64,000 bases of DNA from Candidatus Woesearchaeota archaeon. GTDB lineage: Archaea; Nanobdellota; Nanobdellia; Woesearchaeales; UBA9642. Both the position numbers and the translations under genes were made by a program. Shown here in pieces: positions 38,671 through 47,723 of the stretch. The stretch spans positions 127,961-191,960 of the forward strand of contig QZIT01000005.1 of the NCBI GenBank assembly GCA_003599145.1, read 5' to 3'. Every line of letters starts with the position of its first letter. Positions within the stretch are counted from its first letter, which is position 1. Below the pieces are notes generated by a model. It was not told the DNA's origin and searched no databases. It saw only the letters and a list, made by a program, of their open reading frames with translations.

Positions 38671-39672
38671 ATGGGGGATAACACTATTACGGAAAGAGCA
38701 AGAGCTGCTGTTGCAAAAAGCCTTGACTGGCTAGCGCAGCAAGACATTCAGCTAGATAGATTTCCAACAGTAAGATATATCCCTCACTATCATCCAGAAG
38801 ATAGCAATATCAAAGCGTCAGTCGACGTTGAATCGCCTATTTTAGGCAGGGAACTTACCATGCTTCCAAAACTCTATCTGCAGGTTTTAAATCAGCTAAC
38901 AGGCTTACAAGCTTCTCCTGAGCTTATAGAACAGATTTTCGCAGAAAACCGTACAAGATTCATGCAACATCAAGCAAAACAAAATGCAGACATTCAGCTC
39001 TATAAACCGCTCGATGGAGCTTCCCAAAGCGATTTGGAGGGAAAAATGACTCATGAAGTCTGGCATTTGGTTGATAAACAATATGGCTTGATTACTGATG
39101 GAAACAGGTTGCTGTATGAAGGCATGGCAAGTTTTGTGCAGTACCGCTACGGCAAAGAGCATTATAATGCTGATTGGACGTCCTTTGAAGGAAATCATAC
39201 TCTAGAAGCGTATGCAGATGTTGCAAAAATGATTGCACACATGCTCAAAGAGGATGTTCCTTTAACAACATTGCTTGATCCTGCTATACGAAGGAAAATT
39301 TCGTCTGCATCAGACAAAAAAAGCGTTGAGTTTTTACGAAGAAAGCTTCAACAGCCAATAGAAGATGAGCTGAAAAAACTTATCCCTGAGCATAAGGAGG
39401 GAGTCATCTATCAAGGAGCATGGCAGGGTTTTTCAGCAGAATTCAGGGCGCCATCATTTTTTGCAGTAGCAAAACAACAGCGGAACTTGCGTATTTATTT
39501 TGATAAAGACGAAGTAGAAGGCAAAGCAAATGCAACAGCCGTATCCTTTAACATTCCCTGTGATGCTGGAGAAGTAACCTTTCGCGGAAGAGCCTATAGC
39601 CAAGGTTATAGAGGACAAGTACAGATAGGCCCAGAACCTATAGGCATTTTTTCTATGAAGCAAGTTGCCTAG
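38671..39672 (+). CDS. hypothetical protein with HExxH motif (possible zinc metallopeptidase-like)
   Basis: MTHEVWHLVD contains HEVWH; otherwise unrecognised. Confidence 0.4.
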   Translation: MGDNTITERARAAVAKSLDWLAQQDIQLDRFPTVRYIPHYHPEDSNIKASVDVESPILGRELTMLPKLYLQVLNQLTGLQASPELIEQIFAENRTRFMQHQAKQNADIQLYKPLDGASQSDLEGKMTHEVWHLVDKQYGLITDGNRLLYEGMASFVQYRYGKEHYNADWTSFEGNHTLEAYADVAKMIAHMLKEDVPLTTLLDPAIRRKISSASDKKSVEFLRRKLQQPIEDELKKLIPEHKEGVIYQGAWQGFSAEFRAPSFFAVAKQQRNLRIYFDKDEVEGKANATAVSFNIPCDAGEVTFRGRAYSQGYRGQVQIGPEPIGIFSMKQVA

Positions 39673-40355
39673 TGCAGCATTTTCTTCTTGATAACGTTTC
39701 CTTTATAGTCTATATGATAAACAACAGGAACGCCTGTAGGCAATTCTAAAGACGGTATGGTTGCTTCAGGTATGCTTTCCAAGAACATAATAATAGAGCG
39801 CAGGCTGTTGCCATGGGCAGCAACCAAGACGTTTTGCCCTTTTTTGAGCTTTGTTAAAATTTCTTTCCTAAAATAAGGAATGGTTCTTTTTGCCGTGTCC
39901 TTCAAGCTTTCTCCTTCAGGAGGTCTTATCTCAAAACTTCTTCTCCAGATGCGGACTTTTTCTTTTCCATATTGCCTTGCAGTTTTTTGCTTGTTCAATC
40001 CCTGCAATGCACCATAATAGCGCTCATCCAACGCGTCGTGTTCAAAGACGGGAATTTCTTTTTTTACATCTCCTTTGTATGCTGCCCACGTGTGCAACTT
40101 TCCTTCTGTATGATGGATAATGGGAACTTTTTGCGTTTTTGATTCGTTAAAGATAAAGTAAAGCGTTTCTATGGCACGTATTAGCGTAGAAGTGTAAGCA
40201 ACATCAAAATCGTAATGCTTAAGCAATTTTCCTGCTTTCTTTGCTTCCTGAATTCCCTTTTTTGACAGGGGAACATCAACCCAGCCAGTAAACCTATTTT
40301 CTAAATTCCAGACAGACTGTCCGTGCCTTACCAGAACAAGAGTTCCTGTTTTCAT
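39669..40355 (-). CDS. gpmA: 2,3-bisphosphoglycerate-dependent phosphoglycerate mutase
   Basis: LVLVRHGQSVWNLENRFTGWVDVPLS histidine-phosphatase signature RHGxSxWN. Confidence 0.85.
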   Translation of the reverse strand: MKTGTLVLVRHGQSVWNLENRFTGWVDVPLSKKGIQEAKKAGKLLKHYDFDVAYTSTLIRAIETLYFIFNESKTQKVPIIHHTEGKLHTWAAYKGDVKKEIPVFEHDALDERYYGALQGLNKQKTARQYGKEKVRIWRRSFEIRPPEGESLKDTAKRTIPYFRKEILTKLKKGQNVLVAAHGNSLRSIIMFLESIPEATIPSLELPTGVPVVYHIDYKGNVIKKKMLH

Positions 40356-40390
40356 AAGCTCTTCTAGAATGAGGGCATTTATAAGTTTTT

Positions 40391-41539
40391 TTATTCGTGA
40401 ATCAGCGAAGTTAATTTTTCAAGCTCTTTTTTGAATACGAACCTTTTTTTGTCCAAGTCTGTGAATTTTTTTTCTAAATCACCAACGTAGCCTTTGATAT
40501 CTGCATTTTTGGAGATTAAGTCAAAAGCAGTTGCCTTTTTAAGCAGAAAATCCATTTCTGTTTTCAGGCCGTTTCTGTCAGCATCAATCTGCTGTATAAG
40601 CTTATCAACTTCTGCTTTGCGCTCAAAAAACTTTTTGAATTTCAGGGCTACTTCTCTTGCTGCAGCCTCGTCTTTTTCTATTTTAGTTTTGGTTTCCTCA
40701 ACTTTCTTCACTATCTTTTCCTGAATATCATTAATTTTCTGCTGCTGTTCGTTGCTGAGCTGCATCAATGGCGCAATTTTCCTGCTTTTTCTTTCTTCGA
40801 TGTCTTTCTCTATTTTTTGCGCATACTCTTCAAGCTCATCAAGCATTTTATTGCTTTCTTTCATTGCCGATTCTTCAACGTCGATTTTTTTTCTGATGGT
40901 TTCGATGATAGACGTGAGGGCATTGAATCGCTGTTTTAATACCTGCTCGTTTTCTTCAAGGCTTTGCATTTCTTTTTTCTGCAGTGCAATTTTCTGTTCC
41001 TCTGCTTTAATGCCTTTCAGCACTTCCCTGAACCTCTTTTCCTCAACATCAACCTGTTCATGGGAAGCGTCGATAATTTTTTTGTACTCCAGTTTCTGTC
41101 TTGCAATATCTTCATCGATTTTTGATTTTAAATCCTGAAATTTCTTCAACTCTTCAAGCTCTTTCTCTACTTTGTCCATATCTGCGCCAATACCTGTTTT
41201 CAACCCTGAAAATTCATTCTTAACATTGTCAAACCATTCTGATTCTTTCTCAAGCGATTTCATGGACGTTTCAACTTTTCTGATAAAGGATTCTTTTTTG
41301 GTATCATATTCCTTTACTTTAGTCGCCACCTCTGTTTTCGTGAGTTTTTTTGGCTTGAGCCATACTTTAGAAAGGCTGTATTCAACAGTAATGACGCCTT
41401 GCTCTTCAAGAAAGTCTGCCCACTCCTGGACAACAATGGTGCTGACTCCTAATTCTTTTGCTGCTTCATCAAGAGAAACTTTGTCATATTTGTTTACGAG
41501 ACTTACTAATTTATCTACACCGGTCTCTATATCTTTCAT
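40391..41539 (-). CDS. N-terminal wHTH + long coiled-coil protein
   Basis: First about 60 aa wHTH-like (LDEAAKELGVSTIVVQEWADFLEEQGVI), remainder heptad-rich K/E coiled coil, 382 aa. Confidence 0.5.
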   Translation of the reverse strand: MKDIETGVDKLVSLVNKYDKVSLDEAAKELGVSTIVVQEWADFLEEQGVITVEYSLSKVWLKPKKLTKTEVATKVKEYDTKKESFIRKVETSMKSLEKESEWFDNVKNEFSGLKTGIGADMDKVEKELEELKKFQDLKSKIDEDIARQKLEYKKIIDASHEQVDVEEKRFREVLKGIKAEEQKIALQKKEMQSLEENEQVLKQRFNALTSIIETIRKKIDVEESAMKESNKMLDELEEYAQKIEKDIEERKSRKIAPLMQLSNEQQQKINDIQEKIVKKVEETKTKIEKDEAAAREVALKFKKFFERKAEVDKLIQQIDADRNGLKTEMDFLLKKATAFDLISKNADIKGYVGDLEKKFTDLDKKRFVFKKELEKLTSLIHE

Positions 41540-41579
41540 ATGCTTATTTTTAAAGGTCTGTATTTAAATATTTTCCCAA

Positions 41580-41915
41580 TTAGAATTTCCAAACATCTCC
41601 AATCTTTATTTTTTTGCGTTTGATTGTTCCAGAAGGCATTTCCAAAAGATACTGAAACTTATTTTGAGGAAGATAATTCCTAAAAGGCTTCAAATGCTCT
41701 TTAAGCTCAATGACCTTTTTTTTATCATCCAGAAAAATGAGGTCTAACGGATAAAAAACCATAAACATGGTTATCATTTCCCTTCTTGGAAAAGAAAAAG
41801 AAAAAAGAACAGGTTTGGGCTTTTGCAGCATCAAGCCAATGCCTTGTGCAAAAGGATTGGCGAGATTTTTGTAATGCTCTGTTATCACTGCGTTTGTTTT
41901 TTTGTTGACAATCAT
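41580..41915 (-). CDS. DUF192 (COG1430) family protein
   Basis: GLMLQKP...MFMVFYPLDLIFLDDKKKVIEL...YLLEMPSGT...IGDVW matches the DUF192 motif order. Confidence 0.7.
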   Translation of the reverse strand: MIVNKKTNAVITEHYKNLANPFAQGIGLMLQKPKPVLFSFSFPRREMITMFMVFYPLDLIFLDDKKKVIELKEHLKPFRNYLPQNKFQYLLEMPSGTIKRKKIKIGDVWKF

Positions 41916-42544
41916 ACGGTTGCTTCGAGCTGCTTAATCCTTTCCTTGATGAACTCAATGGTTCTCTTGTTGTCCTGTTCCTGCATGATTTCGCCGCATT
42001 CAGGGCATTTAAAGTTAAAATCAACTGCTTTATCAAAGTCCATTCTTACACAGGCGGATTTGCACATGTAAAAAATGCTGGTGTATTCTTTGCCTAATCT
42101 TTCCCTCAGGCTGACTATTTTATGGTCAGTCATTTTCGTTTTTAAATAGGGAAAAATCTGGTCGTTTAAGTCCCAGTAGCAGATATACCACCCCTTGATT
42201 TTATCTTTTTTTCTCTTGAAAAAGACAATGTTATGCTCCAAAAGCCTATAAAGGATGTTTCTTGTTCTGTGGATTTCTTCATTGACATCTTCTGCAATCT
42301 TGAATTCAGAGATGTTTTTCTTTCCTTTAAGATAATGCACAATAGGCAGTGCCTCATCGCCAACAAGCTCCGAAACAACTTCTTCCATTAATTTGATGGT
42401 TTTAGTCTGCCTTGGTTTTTCTTCTACTTTCGTTGGAATTGTTTTTGCTGCTTTGACTGGCTGTTTAGCAACTTTCGTTATTTTGGTTTTCAAAGGTTTT
42501 GTTTTAACAGGTTTTGTTTTCATAGGCTTTTTGGTTTTTTTCAT
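41912..42544 (-). CDS. tfe: transcription factor E (TFE-alpha) with lysine-rich N-terminal extension
   Basis: wHTH IVHYLKGKKNISEFKIAEDV...ILYRL and C-terminal zinc ribbon C...C...FKCPECG; N-terminal KTKP repeats. Confidence 0.7.
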   Translation of the reverse strand: MKKTKKPMKTKPVKTKPLKTKITKVAKQPVKAAKTIPTKVEEKPRQTKTIKLMEEVVSELVGDEALPIVHYLKGKKNISEFKIAEDVNEEIHRTRNILYRLLEHNIVFFKRKKDKIKGWYICYWDLNDQIFPYLKTKMTDHKIVSLRERLGKEYTSIFYMCKSACVRMDFDKAVDFNFKCPECGEIMQEQDNKRTIEFIKERIKQLEATV

Positions 42545-42744
42545 GTTAGATTGAGATCTCTCGGTAAAAAAGATCTTACCCCCGACATTTTATAATGATA
42601 AAATGCGACGTATATGTAATATATACCCCCACTCCATTTCTGAAATTACACCTATTTAAATCTTTCGCTTTTACCGACGAGGAATTTGATTATAAAAGAA
42701 CACCAATATACCTTTTAGTATTCCAGTATATTTAAATAAAAATA

Positions 42745-43194
42745 TTATCGCACAGTGGTAAGCAAAGCTCCCTGTGCAACATGGCTTGCTGTTCCGCCAA
42801 CCCGGGTATAGTTAATAAGAATATTTACAGTGCTTTTTGAGCTTTGAGTAAACGCAGGACTTGCAAAGGTGCAGGTAAAATTCGCATTTTGGCTTATGAA
42901 AATAACTTGAGGAGCATTGCAATTCACGGTAAAAATGCCTGTGTCATCATTCGAAACGCGTATAGAGTTCACCGTAATATCCCGCTCAAAGCCGTTTCTC
43001 AGCTGCAGCTTTACCTGAGTTTGATTTAAAGAGTATTCAGTACAGGGCAATTCTGGAATAGTGTCACAGTAATCTTTTTGCAGGGTATTGACATCTAAAA
43101 ATCCAAAGTAGACAATGGCGCCAATGGCAGTTATTACTACCAGCAATGCCCAGCCATAGGTTGTCATAAATTCCAAAGATGCCTGTGCTTTCAT
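42745..43194 (-). CDS. archaeal type IV pilin-like protein (class III signal peptide)
   Basis: MKAQASLEFMTTYGWALLVVITAIGAIVYFG: K-A|Q cleavage context, Glu at +5, hydrophobic helix. Confidence 0.7.
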   Translation of the reverse strand: MKAQASLEFMTTYGWALLVVITAIGAIVYFGFLDVNTLQKDYCDTIPELPCTEYSLNQTQVKLQLRNGFERDITVNSIRVSNDDTGIFTVNCNAPQVIFISQNANFTCTFASPAFTQSSKSTVNILINYTRVGGTASHVAQGALLTTVR

Positions 43195-43260
43195 AAGAAC
43201 CTCTTTTTCTTCAATACACGAGTAGAATACTTAAATGTTTCCATTGAAAAGAAAAAAAAA

Positions 43261-43788
43261 TTATGGAACGTTGATATACACTTCCCCTTTTTGCTGTTTA
43301 GGATAGTTCACGTCAGTGTAATAGTTGATGGTGAACTCGAATTTTGTTTTTCGTCCAGCTTCAAGAAACGATCCAGTTGTACAGTCAATTTCCACTTCTG
43401 TTTCTGCGTTAATAGCAAACGTTGCAGTACCTGCTCCTGCCAAATTCGTAGCTCCAAAGAAGGTAGTACATGTTCCCAATCCACCTGCGCCTGTTGGAGG
43501 ATCATTAATGACAACATCGTCAATAGTTACCTGTTTTCCCAGCTTGTTTTTAAGCAAAAATTTCACATTATAGCTTCCGCCATCTGCAGGTGCTACTATA
43601 TTAACACTCGTAGCAAGCATCTTGTCCTTATCGCACAAGAATTCAATACCGAAATTGCATCGTTCAGAAACAAATGCATCGGGCCTTAATACTCCAAAAT
43701 ATGCCAATGCTCCAATCATGACCAGAATAACTAAAAACGCCCAACCATAGGTTGTCAAAAATTCCAAAGCTGCCTGCGCTCTTTTCAT
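43261..43788 (-). CDS. archaeal type IV pilin-like protein (class III signal peptide)
   Basis: MKRAQAALEFLTTYGWAFLVILVMIGALAYFG (start re-set from the track's 43923 to this Met); paralog of the adjacent pilin. Confidence 0.7.
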   Translation of the reverse strand: MKRAQAALEFLTTYGWAFLVILVMIGALAYFGVLRPDAFVSERCNFGIEFLCDKDKMLATSVNIVAPADGGSYNVKFLLKNKLGKQVTIDDVVINDPPTGAGGLGTCTTFFGATNLAGAGTATFAINAETEVEIDCTTGSFLEAGRKTKFEFTINYYTDVNYPKQQKGEVYINVP

Positions 43789-43926
43789 TACAACACCTCT
43801 TTTAAAATAATACAGTGATTTCTGAATATCTGTATATATAAAGTTTTTGCTTTTGGAAAAGTTTTTATAATAAAGAACGAAACTCAATTTATGACATTTC
43901 CGCAATTCAAGAACAAACACCAATTC

Positions 43927-44619
43927 ATGCCTTTGTTTTCTGCAGAGGAGTTTATCAGCTATAGCAAAGCAAATTTAAAAATAAAGAAATGCATCATTAT
44001 TTTCCAGAACAGCACCTTGAACTATTTTATTAAAAAATACCACGCTCAAAAAATCCCTCTTAAAGGATTATTCAAAATATACAGGCATAAACATATCTGC
44101 CTTGTGCGGGTAAAAGGCATTGGAGCTCCAAACGCAGTTGCTGTTTTTGAAGAGATGATTGCGCTAGGAGGAAAAGAATTTATTGTTGTAGGAACTGCAG
44201 GCGGTTTGCAGGATTTTGGCACGTTTTTATGCACAAAAGCCATACGAGATGAAGGAACAAGCCATCATTATGTGAAGCATGGAACTTTTTCTTATCCTGA
44301 CAATCTGCTGACTGAACGGCTGGGAAAAAACCTAAAGAAAAATAAAATAGCATTTGAAAGAGGAGCATCCTGGACTATTGATGCTCCGTATAGAGAAACA
44401 AAAAAGGAAATAGAGCATTATCGAAAACAGGGCATTGCAACAGTAGAAATGGAAGCTTCTGCGTTGTTTGCTGTTGCAAAAATAAGAAAAGTAAACATAG
44501 CTGCTGTATTCGTTGTTTCAGACGTTCTGGGAAAAAAATGGAACCCGCAATTTCATTCTGGAAATCTTAAAAAAAAGCTTAACAAAGTCTTTGACGCCTC
44601 TTTTAAGTGCTTACAGTAA
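43927..44619 (+). CDS. nucleoside phosphorylase, PNP/UDP family 1 (purine/uridine/MTA phosphorylase-like)
   Basis: GIGAPNAVAVFEEMIALGGKEFIVVGTAGGL and VEMEASALFAVA motifs; start ambiguous (43891 or 43927). Confidence 0.75.
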   Translation: MPLFSAEEFISYSKANLKIKKCIIIFQNSTLNYFIKKYHAQKIPLKGLFKIYRHKHICLVRVKGIGAPNAVAVFEEMIALGGKEFIVVGTAGGLQDFGTFLCTKAIRDEGTSHHYVKHGTFSYPDNLLTERLGKNLKKNKIAFERGASWTIDAPYRETKKEIEHYRKQGIATVEMEASALFAVAKIRKVNIAAVFVVSDVLGKKWNPQFHSGNLKKKLNKVFDASFKCLQ

Positions 44620-44657
44620 AACGAAAGATTTTTATACTTTACAGCTAAAAAATCACT

Positions 44658-45050
44658 ATGGCAGAATTCATGATACTTCCTCCTTTGGTAATAGGAGTTA
44701 TTCTTGGTATTGTTGAATTATCCTTTGTTCATGCAGATGAACGAGGCATGAGCTGGCTAACCCATGGACTGCACGCCATTCCCGTCATGTTTATCTTTAT
44801 TTTTATCAGCATGAATATTACTTGGGCATTAAGCCTTGCAAATTTGCATAATACCTTATGGATTTCCATTGGAGTAAGAGCATTAATAGGCATCATCGCC
44901 ATGGTAAAAATAGGCTCTGCTGCTGCAATTGCAGGAAGAGTTGGCGAGAAAAAATTTCACGTGTTGATTATTGGCCTGCTGGTTATTGCAGCTCCGTATA
45001 TCTGGGATTACCTGTTAAAAGGTCTTGTGGGCAAATATTTGCCATTCTAA
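44658..45050 (+). CDS. hypothetical membrane protein (4 TM)
   Basis: Hydrophobic 130 aa. Confidence 0.5.
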   Translation: MAEFMILPPLVIGVILGIVELSFVHADERGMSWLTHGLHAIPVMFIFIFISMNITWALSLANLHNTLWISIGVRALIGIIAMVKIGSAAAIAGRVGEKKFHVLIIGLLVIAAPYIWDYLLKGLVGKYLPF

Positions 45051-45092
45051 AATAGAAAAGTTTAAATATATTCTTCAGCAGAGATAGGTTTA

Positions 45093-46871
45093 ATGAGATA
45101 TACCTCTACAGTGAAAGCTGCAACTATCGCATTCATGCTTCTTTTATTCATTCCAGGAGTGCTTGCAAACATGTTTGATGACATGTTACGGCCATTTCAG
45201 GGAGTTGATTTTGGAGCAACCTATCAAACCTATGCGCCTTTTATTGATGGATTGCTGTTCTTTTTCATTTTCTATGGATTATCGAAATTTGTTTTCCATA
45301 AAAAATTTGGCGCTCAAGCAAACATGATCGGGATAGGCATTTCTCTTGCACTGGCATTTTCAGCAGCAGTGTTTGAATTGCGCACTGGCTTCAGAATGGG
45401 AGATTTAGGACCTATTGCTATTTTGCTGTTTTTTGGATTTATTTTTTATACGGTATACACCTTAACAAAAGGCTTAGGCAGCGGAAAGTGGATAGCTTTT
45501 GGCGTTACCTTTCTGTTATTATTTGGCATACTGCAAAACATTTTAGGAAGCTTTTTCCAGCAGAATGGGTGGATTCAAGCGTTAATGGGCATCATGCTCA
45601 TTGCAAGCGTTATAGGAATTATTGTTGGATTAGTTGGATTATTCAAAGGAAAAGGCAGTTCATCAAACAATGTAAATACAGAAGTAAGGCAGGAAAGAGA
45701 ACAGATAAGGAATGCAGATAAAGAACAGAAAAGACAGGTGCAGCAGTTTATGCAAGATGAAAATAAACTACAGCAATTAAACCAGCACCTTGCAAATTTA
45801 GAAGCAGCAGATACGCAATTAGCCCAGCAAATACAGGTAGATACCAGCGATGAATATAGAGAATATGAAGATATAAGAAAAATAGTGCGAGATATGGGCT
45901 GGATGCTGCAAAATCACGTTTTGCCTGCCTATAAATATGCTGAACAAAAACAAAGAGAACTGCAAAAAGGCAATATTCTTGACCCAAATCAAATGCAGCA
46001 GTATCAAACAGGCATTCAAAATGCATTTACCTACATTAGAAATATCCTTACGAGAATCAACCAATCTTTGGGAACCTACAACGCACGATTGATACAACTG
46101 CAGGAATCTCTTTATAAAAAAGACAAGGAAGTTGAACAGCGCAGAATTGCCTTTAGAGAAGAGCAGAGAGATGAATTAGGACAGATGGGTGTTGATGTCC
46201 AATTAACCGAATTAGGAAAAGATGCCCAGAAGTTGTTTAAAGAATATATGAATATTAAGAACAAGATTAAAAAAATTGCAGGAATTTTAGCAGTAGTCCT
46301 GAGAAGCAAAAAGTACGGGCCAGAAGATGATGCATCTGCATTCAGAAAAGCAGAACAATATTCTATTGATGCCAACAGATTAATACAAACCATCAATGCA
46401 GAACAGCAGAATGTCATTGAAGGAGAAAGAAGCATTAAAAAAGATGTTGACATGATGTGGAAATTGATGAATGCAGAAGGTGAAAATGTAAGGCAGCAGG
46501 AAGCACTTTTAAAATCTGCATTTGATGTTTCGCAGGATTTAGCAGCTGCATTAAACCAGCCTATTAGCCAGAAAATGGTTGACCAAGTGAAAAATAAACT
46601 GATGGAACTGTACCAAAAAACAGAAATTGCAGGAACAAAATTAATGGAAGAAGTAGACATCGTAAAAAGAGTGCAGGAAATCAAGCAGGATAAGGAAAGC
46701 ATGGAGCAAAGAATTAAAATTCTTGAAGACAAATACAAGAATTATCTCGCAAGATTGTTTAAAGACTTTGAAAGATATGAAGATATTCTTAAGGGTGTCC
46801 AGAATGCTGCAGGTGCAAACGCTCAACAGGTACAACAAAACAACATGATAGGCCAACCGCCTGTTTCTTAA
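45093..46871 (+). CDS. membrane-anchor module (about 190 aa, 4-5 TM) + about 400-aa coiled-coil domain
   Basis: N-terminal module homologous to that of 47724..48851 (shared FIDG-containing block); rest Q/E/K-rich heptads. Confidence 0.6.
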   Translation: MRYTSTVKAATIAFMLLLFIPGVLANMFDDMLRPFQGVDFGATYQTYAPFIDGLLFFFIFYGLSKFVFHKKFGAQANMIGIGISLALAFSAAVFELRTGFRMGDLGPIAILLFFGFIFYTVYTLTKGLGSGKWIAFGVTFLLLFGILQNILGSFFQQNGWIQALMGIMLIASVIGIIVGLVGLFKGKGSSSNNVNTEVRQEREQIRNADKEQKRQVQQFMQDENKLQQLNQHLANLEAADTQLAQQIQVDTSDEYREYEDIRKIVRDMGWMLQNHVLPAYKYAEQKQRELQKGNILDPNQMQQYQTGIQNAFTYIRNILTRINQSLGTYNARLIQLQESLYKKDKEVEQRRIAFREEQRDELGQMGVDVQLTELGKDAQKLFKEYMNIKNKIKKIAGILAVVLRSKKYGPEDDASAFRKAEQYSIDANRLIQTINAEQQNVIEGERSIKKDVDMMWKLMNAEGENVRQQEALLKSAFDVSQDLAAALNQPISQKMVDQVKNKLMELYQKTEIAGTKLMEEVDIVKRVQEIKQDKESMEQRIKILEDKYKNYLARLFKDFERYEDILKGVQNAAGANAQQVQQNNMIGQPPVS

Positions 46872-46910
46872 GCGAAACATTTATAAATAAATTAACTACT
46901 ATTAAGTAGT

Positions 46911-47525
46911 ATGTCCTTAGATTACACGCTAGAACATGTAGAAAGGCCGTTTAGACCTACGCCTAGCTATAGAAGCGGCAGAGGCCTCGGAGATTTGGTT
47001 GCAAATGCCTATACAGGACTTAGCCATGCAAGACAGAGTTTTAGCGACGGTTTCTATATAGCTACCGATAAAATTCCCTACTTATTAAAACCAGTAAACT
47101 ATGCTGCTAAATTTTTTAGGGATGCTGTATTATTTGGTGTTTTGCCTGGTGCAGTCCAGATAAATCTTGCCCATAAAAGAAGAGATCCTATCAATAAGTA
47201 TTTCTACAGGTCATGGACAAAAGGATTTGCAGAAAATATGTTCGATATTTACTGGTCGAGCAAATTAGCCACTGCTCCTGCAGCTGGAATTTTTGGGTCT
47301 TTGTTGCACGGCTTTGGCGCAGGATATTTACTGTATACATACTGGGGCATGGCAGAATTAGGGGCAAGAATGGCCATTCATTTAGCAACAGGAAAGCCTG
47401 TTGGCTTATTAGTTCCTAATCTTTTGTACAGAGGGTATAAAGGCATTAAAAAAACCTACAACAGCATTTTTAACAAGCATCATTCAACGTATGCTCCTTC
47501 TTGGCGAACAATGCAGTTTGCATAA
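46911..47525 (+). CDS. hypothetical protein
   Basis: 204 aa, G/Y/A-rich, no motif. Confidence 0.4.
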   Translation: MSLDYTLEHVERPFRPTPSYRSGRGLGDLVANAYTGLSHARQSFSDGFYIATDKIPYLLKPVNYAAKFFRDAVLFGVLPGAVQINLAHKRRDPINKYFYRSWTKGFAENMFDIYWSSKLATAPAAGIFGSLLHGFGAGYLLYTYWGMAELGARMAIHLATGKPVGLLVPNLLYRGYKGIKKTYNSIFNKHHSTYAPSWRTMQFA

Positions 47526-47582
47526 CAAAAACCGTGCAATCTTCGCAGTGCGCAGTTTTTAATCATGTGGTTTTTGGAACAA

Positions 47583-47627
47583 AGAAACCCTAAAGGGTTT
47601 CTGGTTCAAGAAATGCTATGCATTTCT
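47583..47627 (+). terminator. two consecutive perfect hairpins (GAAACCCT-AA-AGGGTTTC and AGAAATGC-TAT-GCATTTCT)
   Basis: Seen directly, about 60 nt after the stop of 46911..47525. Confidence 0.3.
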
Positions 47628-47723
47628 TTGAATTGAAAATTGCTTGAGAGTCTAAAACCTCTAATATGCAATTTTCAATAATTACCAAAAAGCTTATAAA
47701 TAAATCATCCAATAAATAGGTGA

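Noticed and set aside
40494-41567. Three plus-strand Ser/Phe-rich ORFs opposite the coiled-coil gene
   Set aside because: They are antisense artefacts of K/E-rich heptad coding (AAA/GAA complements to TTT/TTC).
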